Shown here piece after piece: positions 17,920 to 27,578 of a stretch of DNA of 64,000 bases; the stretch's first letter is position 1; every line of letters starts with the position of its first letter. The notes beneath the pieces are model-generated. The model saw only the letters and a program-made list of their open reading frames with translations. It was not told where the DNA came from and did not search any database. The stretch spans positions 19,320-83,319 of the forward strand of contig CAJUMZ010000012.1 of assembly GCA_910587665.1 (NCBI GenBank). The letters are read 5' to 3'. Source of the DNA: an uncultured Muribaculum sp. (lineage in GTDB: Bacteria > Bacteroidota > Bacteroidia > Bacteroidales > Muribaculaceae). The translations under genes and the position numbers were made by a program.

Positions 17920-18449
17920 ACAGACTGCTTGAAGATGACGTGATATGCCTGCGCGCGCTTGAGCCGGAGGATCTGCCGCTGCTTTACCGCTGGGAAAATG
18001 ACACTGCGCTCTGGGAGGCGGGCAGCGGGATCGCGCCGTTTTCGCGCAAAATACTATGGGATTACATCGAGAATTATTCCCCCGACATATACGCCGCCCG
18101 CCAGTTGCGCCTTATGGTCGAACTCAGGTCGACCGGTGAAACAATCGGTACGGTCGACATCTATGACTTTGACCCTCACAACAAGCGTGCCGGAGTGGGA
18201 CTGCTCATCGACCGCGCCCACGCGGGCAACGGTTATGGCACTCGTGCCCTCTCCCTTACCGTAGACTACGCGCGACGCTTTATCGACATGCACCAGCTTT
18301 GGTCCATAGTCGCTGTCGACAACAAGCCCAGCCTCTCAACATTTACCCGGTGCGGCTTCCACACCTGCGGGCGACTCCGCTCCTGGCTCCGCCGCACCAC
18401 CACCTACACCGACGCCTACCTCCTCCAGCACCTCACCGCCACCCCGTGA
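17916..18449 (+). CDS. GNAT family N-acetyltransferase (RimJ/RimL-like)
   Basis: 177 aa with an acetyl-CoA binding-like segment ([12 protein letters not shown]). ATGA start/stop overlap with recR. Confidence 0.85.
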   Translation: MNRLLEDDVICLRALEPEDLPLLYRWENDTALWEAGSGIAPFSRKILWDYIENYSPDIYAARQLRLMVELRSTGETIGTVDIYDFDPHNKRAGVGLLIDRAHAGNGYGTRALSLTVDYARRFIDMHQLWSIVAVDNKPSLSTFTRCGFHTCGRLRSWLRRTTTYTDAYLLQHLTATP

Positions 18450-18484
18450 TAATCTTACTTTTATGTAAAATACAAGTATGATAT

Positions 18485-18643
18485 ATGACTGATTGTAAGA
18501 AAATTACAGATAATTCCGATAATGATACCAAGAAATTCTTGGCGAAATTTTCGGGAGCATGGAAAGGCTCTGACTCGGCAGAAGAAATCATCGCAATTAT
18601 AAAAGATCGCAGAAAAAATGGAAATCCCGTATCTTTTGATTGA
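18485..18643 (+). CDS. possible small antitoxin-like protein (52 aa)
   Basis: ORF below the track cutoff: MTDCKKITDNSDNDTKKFLAKFSGAWKGSDSAEEIIAIIKDRRKNGNPVSFD. The ..G.WKG.DSAEEII..I...R tail resembles short antitoxins that precede PIN toxins. Its last 26 nt overlap the next ORF. Confidence 0.35.
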   Translation: MTDCKKITDNSDNDTKKFLAKFSGAWKGSDSAEEIIAIIKDRRKNGNPVSFD

Positions 18644-18710
18644 CAGTGATGTTACCTTTTGTTCGAAAATGCACGGACTTCCAATAAATTCGATACATAC
18701 AATGGATTAA
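18618..18710 (+). pseudogene. truncated PIN-domain (VapC-like) toxin N-terminus, 30 codons only
   Basis: MEIPYLLIDSDV... matches the canonical PIN start (..LLDT/SDV.., first acidic residue). The frame then ends after 30 aa, exactly where the AT-rich cassette begins. Confidence 0.35.
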
Positions 18711-18713
18711 TCC

Positions 18714-19562
18714 TCAGATACAACCACCATTTATTGGTTGAATATTATATTGAATAGCAATTTGATCCAATGAATTTATTATGCCATTTATCTTTTCTAA
18801 GTCTTCCAAAGCCTGAGTCCTTTTTCCCTTATGTCTGATAGATTTAACGACTATCTTATATTTCTTAATAATATCTCCGATTTCTTTCATACATACGGAT
18901 AGGGTCTCAGCATTCTGAGGATAATTAATCAGGTATGTATAATATGCCTGAATCCATGCATAATAAGTAGATGCATTAATGTATCTGTCACAGTCATTAT
19001 CATCATTGAATTCAACCGATTTATAGAATTGCTTATTGCCGGCATCTTTGAATCCATTATTAAAAAGGAATAAACCGTAATATCGAAGAGTCTCTGATTT
19101 TATGGCAGAATTGGATTCATCCATGCTAATTGCATGTTCCCAAAAGAACCTGGCTTTATAAAAATTCTGGAATTTATCCCAACACTCGGCAAACAGTCGG
19201 CACTGTAGGAGTGTGAAATCATTATAACAATTTCCTACTGCATCCAGAATATGTTTCATCTCTAACTGTATGCCGGATAACATCTGAGTGCATTCTCTTA
19301 GTTTGGCGGAGAGCATTAAATTCTGTTCGTTTTGGTCATTTACATCATCCCGTGCAGATTGTCTATAATTTATTTTTTGTGTGAGTTCTATGATTTGAGC
19401 CTGTAATTTCAATCTTTCTTTTTCAAGTTCAAACAGTTTGTTGGAATCCGATTGAATCTTACTTTTCTTAGAGAACATGTGACTCCAATAAAACGTCAGG
19501 CCACTAACAATCATAGTTGCCAACAAAATGATAATTTGTATTAAGATGAAAAAATCTTCCAA
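18714..19562 (-). CDS. hypothetical membrane-anchored coiled-coil protein
   Basis: 282 aa. It has one N-terminal TM (FFILIQIIILLATMIVSGLTFYW, which requires the TTG start at 19562), a coiled-coil stretch (KLFELEKERLKLQAQIIELTQKI) and an aromatic-rich helical C-terminal part. I recognise no family. AT-rich. Confidence 0.55.
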   Translation of the reverse strand: MEDFFILIQIIILLATMIVSGLTFYWSHMFSKKSKIQSDSNKLFELEKERLKLQAQIIELTQKINYRQSARDDVNDQNEQNLMLSAKLRECTQMLSGIQLEMKHILDAVGNCYNDFTLLQCRLFAECWDKFQNFYKARFFWEHAISMDESNSAIKSETLRYYGLFLFNNGFKDAGNKQFYKSVEFNDDNDCDRYINASTYYAWIQAYYTYLINYPQNAETLSVCMKEIGDIIKKYKIVVKSIRHKGKRTQALEDLEKINGIINSLDQIAIQYNIQPINGGCI

Positions 19563-19669
19563 TTTACCTATACCTTATGATCTAATTAACGAAAAATAGT
19601 TGGAATTATTACGCTACAATATTACAAAATTTGAACTAAATTTAATTGTTAAAATTAGTTCGAATCACC

Positions 19670-20835
19670 TCATTTTATGAAATTTATAAAAGACCAAAAT
19701 TGTTTGGAAATGACTTCTTTCGAAAGATTCGATTTTACATATTCTCTTGCCTTCATGCCCATTTCTTTTTGCTTGTTCTTGTCTGAAAGAAGTATTATAA
19801 GTTTCGAAATCCATTCATCGGTGTCATTTATAATGGCAATTTCATTATTTTGTATTTTTAGCCCTTCAGCTCCTATGGGTGTGGTTGCGACACAGCATCC
19901 ATAGGACATAGCTTGTATAATTTTGTTTTGAATGCCTGCTCCTGTAAGCATTGGGGCAACGACAATAGTAGAATCTTTGAAATACGGCTCAATAGAATCA
20001 ACAAATCCGGTTACAGTTATACCTTCGATTTCAGCGAGTTTTTTTACTCGTTCATCAGGATTCGCTCCTATGATGATGAATTTTAATTCCGGGTATTTAG
20101 TCCTTAGAGATGGGAAAATTTGGGTTGAAAAGAAAGTTACGGCTACAATATTTGGCTCATAACTCATCTTCCCGACAAAGATAAGATTGTTGTCATTTTT
20201 ATGTTGAGCAATAGAATCGTTATCAGGAATTTTTACCATGTTACCGACTGTATATATTATTTTTGGCATGACATTATATATTGGTTATCTACATCTGAAA
20301 TAACTGCACAACTGTCGAAGGCGTCAAGACACTTTTGTTCGTATTCCTTACATCGTCTGTAGTCGATCTCATAAATTATTTTTTTGAGTCCTTTTGCCTC
20401 ATGACGAGCTTTATCATAGTTCATTGAGATGGCATCTACAAAGTCTAAGTATTTTGTCAAACTGTTTTTCCCTTTTACATATTCCGCAGTACGGATATTG
20501 TTGCAGAATACACAGTCATAATCACGAAGAATGGAATCAATTTTTATTGCGACATGCCTGATATAATAATAATTTACTTGAAGTGGAAGTTTGTTAATTA
20601 GGAAACGCATCGTGTTGAGGTAATGCTGCCATTTACTAATACGGAAAGGATATATTTTTTTCACAGAGGGAATGTAATCCCTAATGTCTATGTCCTCTTG
20701 GTTTGGAGTAATATATACAACATCCACTTCAAAATGCTCACATAGCAACTCCAATTGTTGAGCAGTCCGGATCTGATCGCCACCAGTTATCGGAAAAATC
20801 GGGCGCGATGAAATGAATAGCAGACTTTTAGCCAT
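19670..20835 (-). pseudogene. GT4-family glycosyltransferase split into two overlapping ORFs by a frameshift
   Basis: ORF 20257-20835 encodes a GT4 N-terminal domain. ORF 19670-20269 encodes a GT4 C-terminal domain (GKMSYEPN...VAPMLTGAGIQNKIIQAMSYG). The frames overlap by 13 nt around a T5/A5 run (20260-20264) and differ by one nucleotide. Confidence 0.7.
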
Positions 20836-20845
20836 AATTTTTTAT

Positions 20846-21937
20846 CTAATTATTAGATGGTATTTTTATGCACGCAAATTCGTTAATCCTTTTTAGTATT
20901 ATCCCGGCAGGAACGCTCCAACTATTAAACCTTTTGATAAGAGGAGTATAGTTTATTGGTGTCTTTATTGGGTCAATTATGTAATTATCAATCAGTTTTC
21001 TTATCTCAGTGGGGAGTGGAGATGACATTCTACCGAAATCTCCAAGAATTTCCGGGATAGATGTTGTATTGGAGGCTAATATCGGTTTTCCGCATATTGC
21101 CGCTTCAATAATTGGAATCCCGAAACCCTCATACTTTGAGAAAAATAAGAAGCATCGACAATTTAAATATGTTTTTATGAGTTCTTCGTCAGAGAGTCCA
21201 TAAGGTAAGAAATGAATATTTGTACTCTCTCGTTTTCGATATTTAGAGTCTTTGCCTAATCCACCTACAATAAGTTTTTCCGATGAAAAATCGTTTTCAA
21301 ATAAATTCAGTAGGACATTCAGATTTTTATTTGGACCATCCCCCGATAGTGTAAAGAAATAATTGCCATTTTCAAGAATACTATTTTTACGCACAAAATC
21401 TACTTTTTCTGCAAATTTGTCAATACAATTATATGTGACATCAATAGGCTTTCTTATCGGTAATAATCTTAATAGTTCGGTTTTTGAAAAGAGTGATACT
21501 GTAAAGAAGCTATCAACTTTTTTATAGAAGTATTTCAACACATATCGTCGATATAATGCTCCAATGCGCTGATATGATGAGATTCCTTTTTCAATGGGAT
21601 AGAAAAAAATCAGGTCATGTACAGTTACCAATAATTTGGTCTTACAAGGCTTAAATATAGGGAATGTATTATACGGACTCCAAAATACATCAAATTTTTC
21701 TTTAAACAATATTGATGAAATCGAGAACTGTTCTCCGATAATGAAATTGGTTGTCCTGACTTTAATATATCTGCAATTATTTTTAGGGGCTAATTTTTCC
21801 TTTGGTTCGGAATCGATTATAAGGACATATTCGTTATTCTTGTCAAGATTTAAAAGCTCTTTAACAATCTCATGACAATAACGAGCCATGCCACGATATG
21901 AGCTATTAGCCAATCTATAGTCTATCCCGATTTTCAT
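20846..21937 (-). CDS. glycosyltransferase family 4 (GT-B)
   Basis: 363 aa with C-terminal motif SKYEGFGIPIIEAAICGKPILASN. Confidence 0.9.
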   Translation of the reverse strand: MKIGIDYRLANSSYRGMARYCHEIVKELLNLDKNNEYVLIIDSEPKEKLAPKNNCRYIKVRTTNFIIGEQFSISSILFKEKFDVFWSPYNTFPIFKPCKTKLLVTVHDLIFFYPIEKGISSYQRIGALYRRYVLKYFYKKVDSFFTVSLFSKTELLRLLPIRKPIDVTYNCIDKFAEKVDFVRKNSILENGNYFFTLSGDGPNKNLNVLLNLFENDFSSEKLIVGGLGKDSKYRKRESTNIHFLPYGLSDEELIKTYLNCRCFLFFSKYEGFGIPIIEAAICGKPILASNTTSIPEILGDFGRMSSPLPTEIRKLIDNYIIDPIKTPINYTPLIKRFNSWSVPAGIILKRINEFACIKIPSNN

Positions 21938-22952
21938 TGTTTAAAACACTTTCAATTGCTTGATGTATTTCTTCGGCTTTATCGTTCAAGTTCAGATGCT
22001 CCATACAGAATTTTTGTGAATTATTACTCATCTCCTTGAGTATTTCCCTGTTTGAGTTTAGTGTATTCACTGCATTAATTATTTCGGATTGTGCTGATTT
22101 TATGACCAGACCATTAAAGCCATCTTTCACCATCTCCGAGATGCCGCCTGCGCCGGTCGTTATAATCGGCAATCCGTAACTCATCGCTTCAATAATAGAA
22201 ATAGGGAAATTTTCAAATTCAGACATCAGGATCATTACATCTGCGTCGCGGTAAAATTTAGCTACATCTGTCTGAAATCCAAGATATTTGATGCTATTAC
22301 CTATATTCTCTTTGACCCAGTCACATTCACTTCCTGTTCCGATGATAGTTAACTGGGCTGTATCAGGAGTTATATGGTTGAAAGCTGTAATTATTTCATG
22401 TATTCCTTTCGCTTTCTCCAATCGGCTACAAAAAAGCACTTTGAGCGGCTCTGACGGTCTATTTGAGCCTATTCTGCCGTGTTGCGATACAATGCCGTTA
22501 TGGATACATATCCCTTTTCCTGCTTTTTGTTCGGTAAGAGAATATTCTGAGACATGAATGGATAAATCCGCACTTCTGTAGATTTTATCCATGATTAGCC
22601 TAAACATCCATCGTCTCTGTTTTGGCGCGTATAGGTTAGTCGTATGTCTATAATATATCTTTTTGTAGCTTCTGAAAAGGGGCAGAGTATAAGCAATATT
22701 TGATCCATTGAACAACAGTATATCAGGGTTGCATTTGGCTATATATAACTTTAGATCTTTATATTGTCCCAATAATGATGTCTTCTCAGTTTTGAATAAA
22801 TGTCGACCGGTTAGCTGTTCTTCTACTTTTGCATCCTTTATAAAATAATACAGTTCATAATACGGATCTAATTTGGTTAGAGTCGATATTATGAATTGTT
22901 CTGCGCCTCCGAAAAATGGAGTGCTACTGATGATGAGAATTTTTTTACGCAA
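21915..22952 (-). CDS. glycosyltransferase family 4 (GT-B)
   Basis: 345 aa with SEFENFPISIIEAMSYGLPIITTGAGGISEMV. Overlaps both neighbours, indicating operonic packing. Confidence 0.9.
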   Translation of the reverse strand: MRKKILIISSTPFFGGAEQFIISTLTKLDPYYELYYFIKDAKVEEQLTGRHLFKTEKTSLLGQYKDLKLYIAKCNPDILLFNGSNIAYTLPLFRSYKKIYYRHTTNLYAPKQRRWMFRLIMDKIYRSADLSIHVSEYSLTEQKAGKGICIHNGIVSQHGRIGSNRPSEPLKVLFCSRLEKAKGIHEIITAFNHITPDTAQLTIIGTGSECDWVKENIGNSIKYLGFQTDVAKFYRDADVMILMSEFENFPISIIEAMSYGLPIITTGAGGISEMVKDGFNGLVIKSAQSEIINAVNTLNSNREILKEMSNNSQKFCMEHLNLNDKAEEIHQAIESVLNNENRDRL

Positions 22953-24243
22953 TTTTATATGATTTATTCTTTATGTGGGATAATAGGAAATATAATGTTA
23001 TTGCAATTAAGGGAAACCTTAATATCACATTTAGATCGTAGGAAAACCAATTGGGAGAGTACATTAGAATAAAGAATACTATTAACTTCAGATATTTGCT
23101 TTTACATGAGTATGACATTTGAATCATCTTTGCAATCAGAAAAGTAATAATGAACAATCCGACATATCCAAATATCAAAGTTATTCCTGAAACAAATAAT
23201 CCACCACCTCCCGTTCCTGTGTGCGTCATTATTACCATTGGGAATCTCATCTCTCTTGGGAAAAAAGATGGGGGAATTACAGATTGTGCAATTAAGCTCA
23301 TCTGTAGACCAATTCTATCCCAAGTAGTTATCTCTCCGGATTTCATCAGTCCGTTTGCAGCTGCTGCGCCATACAATTCATCGGCTTGGTGAGAGAGAAT
23401 GAATGAGTCATCAGTTGAAAATATATACATAAGTGAAAATTCCTCATTCATTTTCAGGGCGTTTATAAAACTGAGTCCAGCTAAGCCGAGAAATGCCAAT
23501 ATTAAGATAGATTTTACCGTCAGTTTTTGTTCAAGAAATAGGAGTATAAACATGAATCCTAATGGAGCCAACATTACTCTAAATCCTCGAGTAATAGCAA
23601 AATATGCAATGGCGCATGAAAAAATGATAACTATAAAATCTCTTTTCCGATGATTTTTTATGGAGAAATAGCAGAAAACGATAAACATGAGTACTAATAG
23701 CCCGAGTACATTGGATTTTTCGAGATTTCCAACATATGCACGATATGGGTTATTGCTATTTAACACGTTCTCACCGCCAAATTTGAAGAGATATAATATA
23801 ACAATAGTCGTGAATAGGACTATCATTATTGAAATAGGTCTGGAGACATTTAGCTCAAGTCCTGATTTTAACCAATATTTGCCTGGATTAGGCATCTTGA
23901 TGATTGACAAACATAATGCTGAATAAAATACGTAGAATTGCAGACATACCAGAATATATAATTTCTTGTCTTGGAATTCCGACCACATTGATAGTTGTGT
24001 CCCAAAATAGAAATACGGAATTAGATAAATAAAGTAGATAAATGCATATATAGTCAGAAGTAAAAAAACAGAAATATTTCTCAATGCCCTACACAGGTAT
24101 GCCTGCATGATAAATATTAAAGGAATCATTATGTAAAAGGTGTTGATCCCGGCTTCCGAAAAAAAGTAAATGGGAATTGCAAATAGTGCTGTAATCAGAA
24201 AAATTGATTCCTTTATTATCTGACGTGTCAACTTGAAATACAT
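22945..24243 (-). CDS. wzy: O-antigen/capsule repeat-unit polymerase (Wzy-like)
   Basis: 432 aa, ~10-12 predicted TM segments, very AT-rich, located among GT genes next to wzx. The call rests on topology and context. Confidence 0.7.
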   Translation of the reverse strand: MYFKLTRQIIKESIFLITALFAIPIYFFSEAGINTFYIMIPLIFIMQAYLCRALRNISVFLLLTIYAFIYFIYLIPYFYFGTQLSMWSEFQDKKLYILVCLQFYVFYSALCLSIIKMPNPGKYWLKSGLELNVSRPISIMIVLFTTIVILYLFKFGGENVLNSNNPYRAYVGNLEKSNVLGLLVLMFIVFCYFSIKNHRKRDFIVIIFSCAIAYFAITRGFRVMLAPLGFMFILLFLEQKLTVKSILILAFLGLAGLSFINALKMNEEFSLMYIFSTDDSFILSHQADELYGAAAANGLMKSGEITTWDRIGLQMSLIAQSVIPPSFFPREMRFPMVIMTHTGTGGGGLFVSGITLIFGYVGLFIITFLIAKMIQMSYSCKSKYLKLIVFFILMYSPNWFSYDLNVILRFPLIAITLYFLLSHIKNKSYKIA

Positions 24244-24252
24244 AATTGGGAA

Positions 24253-24792
24253 TCAATTCATTTTTATAATCCTTGCGGGAATACCGGAAATCACTGCATT
24301 ATTGGGTACGTCCTTTACGACTACAGAATTAGGCGCAACAACTACGTTATCACCCACATTAACGCGCCCGATTATTTTTGCTCCAAGTGTGACTTCCACA
24401 TTGTCGCCGATTATAGGTCGATTATAGTCATCTTCCCCCTTTTTCCCAAATACGACACCGCTTGTTACAGTGCAATTCTTCCCTATTTTATTTGCATTTA
24501 AGAAAATCCCTCCACCCAGGTGATTTACTTTAAGTCCTTTCTCGCAGGTGTTCAATGGGATCATAAGTTGATACTTGTAACCTAATCTCCTTAACCAAAA
24601 ACGTAATATCGGATTATATAATCTCCGATTGTTAACGGCATATTCAGTATGTCTTAGCACCCAAAGATAATGTTTAATCTTTATGTGTTCGTCACCGGCA
24701 ATCCATCTCAAAAAAGAAGGTAAATTGGAGTGCGGGTATCTTGCAAAATCAGCTGCAAGATAATTCTTTAAATCTTTTCGACTTAATATCAT
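24253..24792 (-). CDS. left-handed beta-helix (hexapeptide-repeat) O-acetyltransferase, serine-acetyltransferase-like
   Basis: 179 aa. The C-terminal half has hexapeptide repeats (IGDNVEVTLGAKIIGRVNVGDNVVVAPNSVV). Confidence 0.85.
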   Translation of the reverse strand: MILSRKDLKNYLAADFARYPHSNLPSFLRWIAGDEHIKIKHYLWVLRHTEYAVNNRRLYNPILRFWLRRLGYKYQLMIPLNTCEKGLKVNHLGGGIFLNANKIGKNCTVTSGVVFGKKGEDDYNRPIIGDNVEVTLGAKIIGRVNVGDNVVVAPNSVVVKDVPNNAVISGIPARIIKMN

Positions 24793-25727
24793 AACAGCGA
24801 TTCTCCTTTGCCTAACATGCGTTTCATAAAGGCAAGATCATTATGCAATGAAAACTTCATAAAATCGCCACTAAAAATGAATTGAAGGAATGCTTTCATT
24901 CCATACGTCGGCAATGATAAATATAATAATTGTTTAAGTTGGTTATATTGACCATTTTTAGGCAATTTCTTGATGAATTTCAACGTTGGTTGCCCATTCA
25001 AATTGATTTCAGGATATTTCTTTTTGATATAAATTTGGCGACATTTTTTTGAATTTTCCTTTAGAAGTGTATTCCCGGAATGTGTTATTTGTGTGTCGGA
25101 TTGGCGATATCTTAGTAAAACTTCAGGGATATTATAAAATTCGCCATATTCCATCAAGTCAATCCATAATTTATAATCTTCGCAATTCTTAAATTCGGCA
25201 TCATAGTGCAATTTATGTTGATCCAAAACCTCTTTTCTCAGCATTACTGTTGGATGGGCGAAACAAGAGGTAAAAAGTAATAGTTCTTTATTTTCTCGAT
25301 CTGATATTTTGGTGATATATTTTCGTGGAGCCAATTTTGTGTTGCCAAAATATTCAATCATAGTCCCACATGCAACTAATTTAGGGTTTTGCTTAAAACA
25401 AGCAATCTGTTTCTCAATCCGTTGCGGTAAAGAGATGTCGTCTGCATCCATCCGTACAATAAATTCACCATTTGCAGAATCAAGTCCACGGTTTAATGAA
25501 TAAATCAAACCTTTGTTTGTTTCATTATTCAATAACTTAATTCGGTTGTCATTGTAGGTCTTTATTATTGATTCTGTTGAATCTGAGCTACCGTCATTGA
25601 TTATAATAAACTCAAAATTATGATATGTCTGAGACAATATGCTGTCAATAGTCTCTTTAATTGTACTTTCGGCATTATATGTCGGCATGACAACACTTAT
25701 TGATGGATTTATTACATTCATTGGCAT
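24789..25727 (-). CDS. glycosyltransferase family 2
   Basis: ISVVMPTYNAESTIKETIDSILSQTY..FEFIIINDGSSD and a DADD motif, as expected for a GT-A fold. Confidence 0.9.
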   Translation of the reverse strand: MPMNVINPSISVVMPTYNAESTIKETIDSILSQTYHNFEFIIINDGSSDSTESIIKTYNDNRIKLLNNETNKGLIYSLNRGLDSANGEFIVRMDADDISLPQRIEKQIACFKQNPKLVACGTMIEYFGNTKLAPRKYITKISDRENKELLLFTSCFAHPTVMLRKEVLDQHKLHYDAEFKNCEDYKLWIDLMEYGEFYNIPEVLLRYRQSDTQITHSGNTLLKENSKKCRQIYIKKKYPEINLNGQPTLKFIKKLPKNGQYNQLKQLLYLSLPTYGMKAFLQFIFSGDFMKFSLHNDLAFMKRMLGKGESLL

Positions 25728-25739
25728 AGCTTTTTGTAA

Positions 25740-26459
25740 TTATCGTTTTTCCACATATTCCATTAAGGCTTTTTTTATAGATATTTTTAAAGAATGGAGA
25801 GTATTTCGGAGGCGATCCTTTTTTGAGACCCAACTCCCGGTAAAATGATGAATAGAATATGTGTTTTCGGTTAAGCGGATTATGCCGTCAATATATGATT
25901 TAGGACTGAAATAATCCGATGGCAGGATAAACATCTCTTGTTCTGATTTTATGATTTCATCGGGGTTTCTAATATCAGAAATTTGAAACTCTTGTGTCAA
26001 GAGATCATTCATAATAAAAGGCATCGGAGTAAGGGACAACGTGCCATTATTATTAAATTTAGTTGTGTTATAATAGTCAAGTAACAGTGAAAATATCTTC
26101 ATGCCTTTTTCAGCACCCATTACCGCCGCTTCAATAGGACTCTCTATTTCTCTGCCAATAAAATAGGGCTGATTTAATAATGGATTAAAGGATTTGAGAA
26201 CTTCAACATCAGAATCTAAGTAGATGCCTCCCTCATTATAGAGGGCATATGCGCGTATATAGTCGGCGGCAAACGCATATTTCTTATTGTCGACGGCACT
26301 ATCTACCCATTCTGATTTGCCTCTCGGAAAATTGTCATAATTCCAAAGTTTAAATTCATAATCAGGCAATTTTTTTTGCCATGAACCGATGCATTTACGT
26401 ATTTTTTTAGGATAGGGCGTATTGCTAAACCAGCAATAATGAATTACTTTGGGTATCAT
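25740..26459 (-). CDS. GT32-like glycosyltransferase (DXD sugar-binding region; capsular polysaccharide synthesis protein)
   Basis: MIPKVIHYCWFS...YAFAADYIRAYALYNEGGIYLDSDVEV, the typical Gly_transf_sug/GT32 signature. Confidence 0.8.
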   Translation of the reverse strand: MIPKVIHYCWFSNTPYPKKIRKCIGSWQKKLPDYEFKLWNYDNFPRGKSEWVDSAVDNKKYAFAADYIRAYALYNEGGIYLDSDVEVLKSFNPLLNQPYFIGREIESPIEAAVMGAEKGMKIFSLLLDYYNTTKFNNNGTLSLTPMPFIMNDLLTQEFQISDIRNPDEIIKSEQEMFILPSDYFSPKSYIDGIIRLTENTYSIHHFTGSWVSKKDRLRNTLHSLKISIKKALMEYVEKR

Positions 26460-26462
26460 GTA

Positions 26463-27578
26463 TTAAAAGTATAATTTTACGTTGTCTGTTAAATTGCTTA
26501 TTGCAATTTCCGTTAAGGAATTATTCACCGTAATGTGACCATACTCATCCAAAAACTCAGATATTTTATTCGTATCAAAAATATTTTCAGCAGAATAATA
26601 TTTATTGTTAGTCATATTAAAAAAATCGACTACTTTTTTATCCCAAATCAATCCAAAACTTGGAATACCTAATGAGTATGATATAATGTGAGAATGTAGA
26701 CGGAATGAAATTATAGCGGAGAATTGGGATATGTTGGAGATTAGTTCTGTATCGGTTCTCGGCCGATCTTGTAAGAACTTCTCCGACGCTACATAACCAA
26801 GACTCTCTAATATTGATTTTGCAGAATTAAAATCACCTATGTCGCCGTTTGTGAAAAATTTCCATTTCAAACCTTTATTTTCGATATTTTGAATTACTTT
26901 CGACCAAAAAGATATTATTTCATCAAGGCTAACATTTAATCCAAGCCTTTCTTTTAGCATTACCGGATTAATAGTACCTAATCCAATAATGTTGCTATTA
27001 TTGCTTTGGTGTTCATATATTTTGCCGGCAGAAACCGCAATATCTGGAACGACCTTTATATCTCGTGATGTTAGATTGGAAAAAAAATGATAGTTGTCAC
27101 GAATGCTTATTGCCTTGACCGTGTTCTTCTCCAAGACACGTTTAAATATTATTTTGCTATGATTGCTGCATTGGCTGCCTCCAATTGCATTGTATATTAT
27201 CGGAATAGATCTCTTTTCTGCATAAATGGCAATTTCATTTACACAGTCGCAAAAATAGTCTAATATTATCTGTCCTCCGCAAAATACAATTCCATCAATA
27301 TTTTTGTGTTTTCGGAGGCCATTTTTAATAAAGAGCTTACTCCTTATCCATCCTAAAATGCGAGTAGCTTTCTTCCCGCCTAAAAAATTTATTGGTACGC
27401 AGAGATATGAATATATAGATCGTTTTGTATCAGATTGATTTGCTCCGAATGATAGATCAAATTTTATGTAATTATTAAGGGTATTATATTTTAAAATATT
27501 ATAACAGCAATTACACAATACGGCATCTCCTAAATTAGGAGATGCCCATTCTCCAACTAACAAAATGTTTTTTGACAT
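26463..27578 (-). CDS. polysaccharide pyruvyl transferase family protein
   Basis: 371 aa with N-terminal ILLVGEWASPNLGDAVL and WcaK/CsaB-like organisation. Its 5' end overlaps the wzx 3' end by 44 nt. Confidence 0.75.
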   Translation of the reverse strand: MSKNILLVGEWASPNLGDAVLCNCCYNILKYNTLNNYIKFDLSFGANQSDTKRSIYSYLCVPINFLGGKKATRILGWIRSKLFIKNGLRKHKNIDGIVFCGGQIILDYFCDCVNEIAIYAEKRSIPIIYNAIGGSQCSNHSKIIFKRVLEKNTVKAISIRDNYHFFSNLTSRDIKVVPDIAVSAGKIYEHQSNNSNIIGLGTINPVMLKERLGLNVSLDEIISFWSKVIQNIENKGLKWKFFTNGDIGDFNSAKSILESLGYVASEKFLQDRPRTDTELISNISQFSAIISFRLHSHIISYSLGIPSFGLIWDKKVVDFFNMTNNKYYSAENIFDTNKISEFLDEYGHITVNNSLTEIAISNLTDNVKLYF

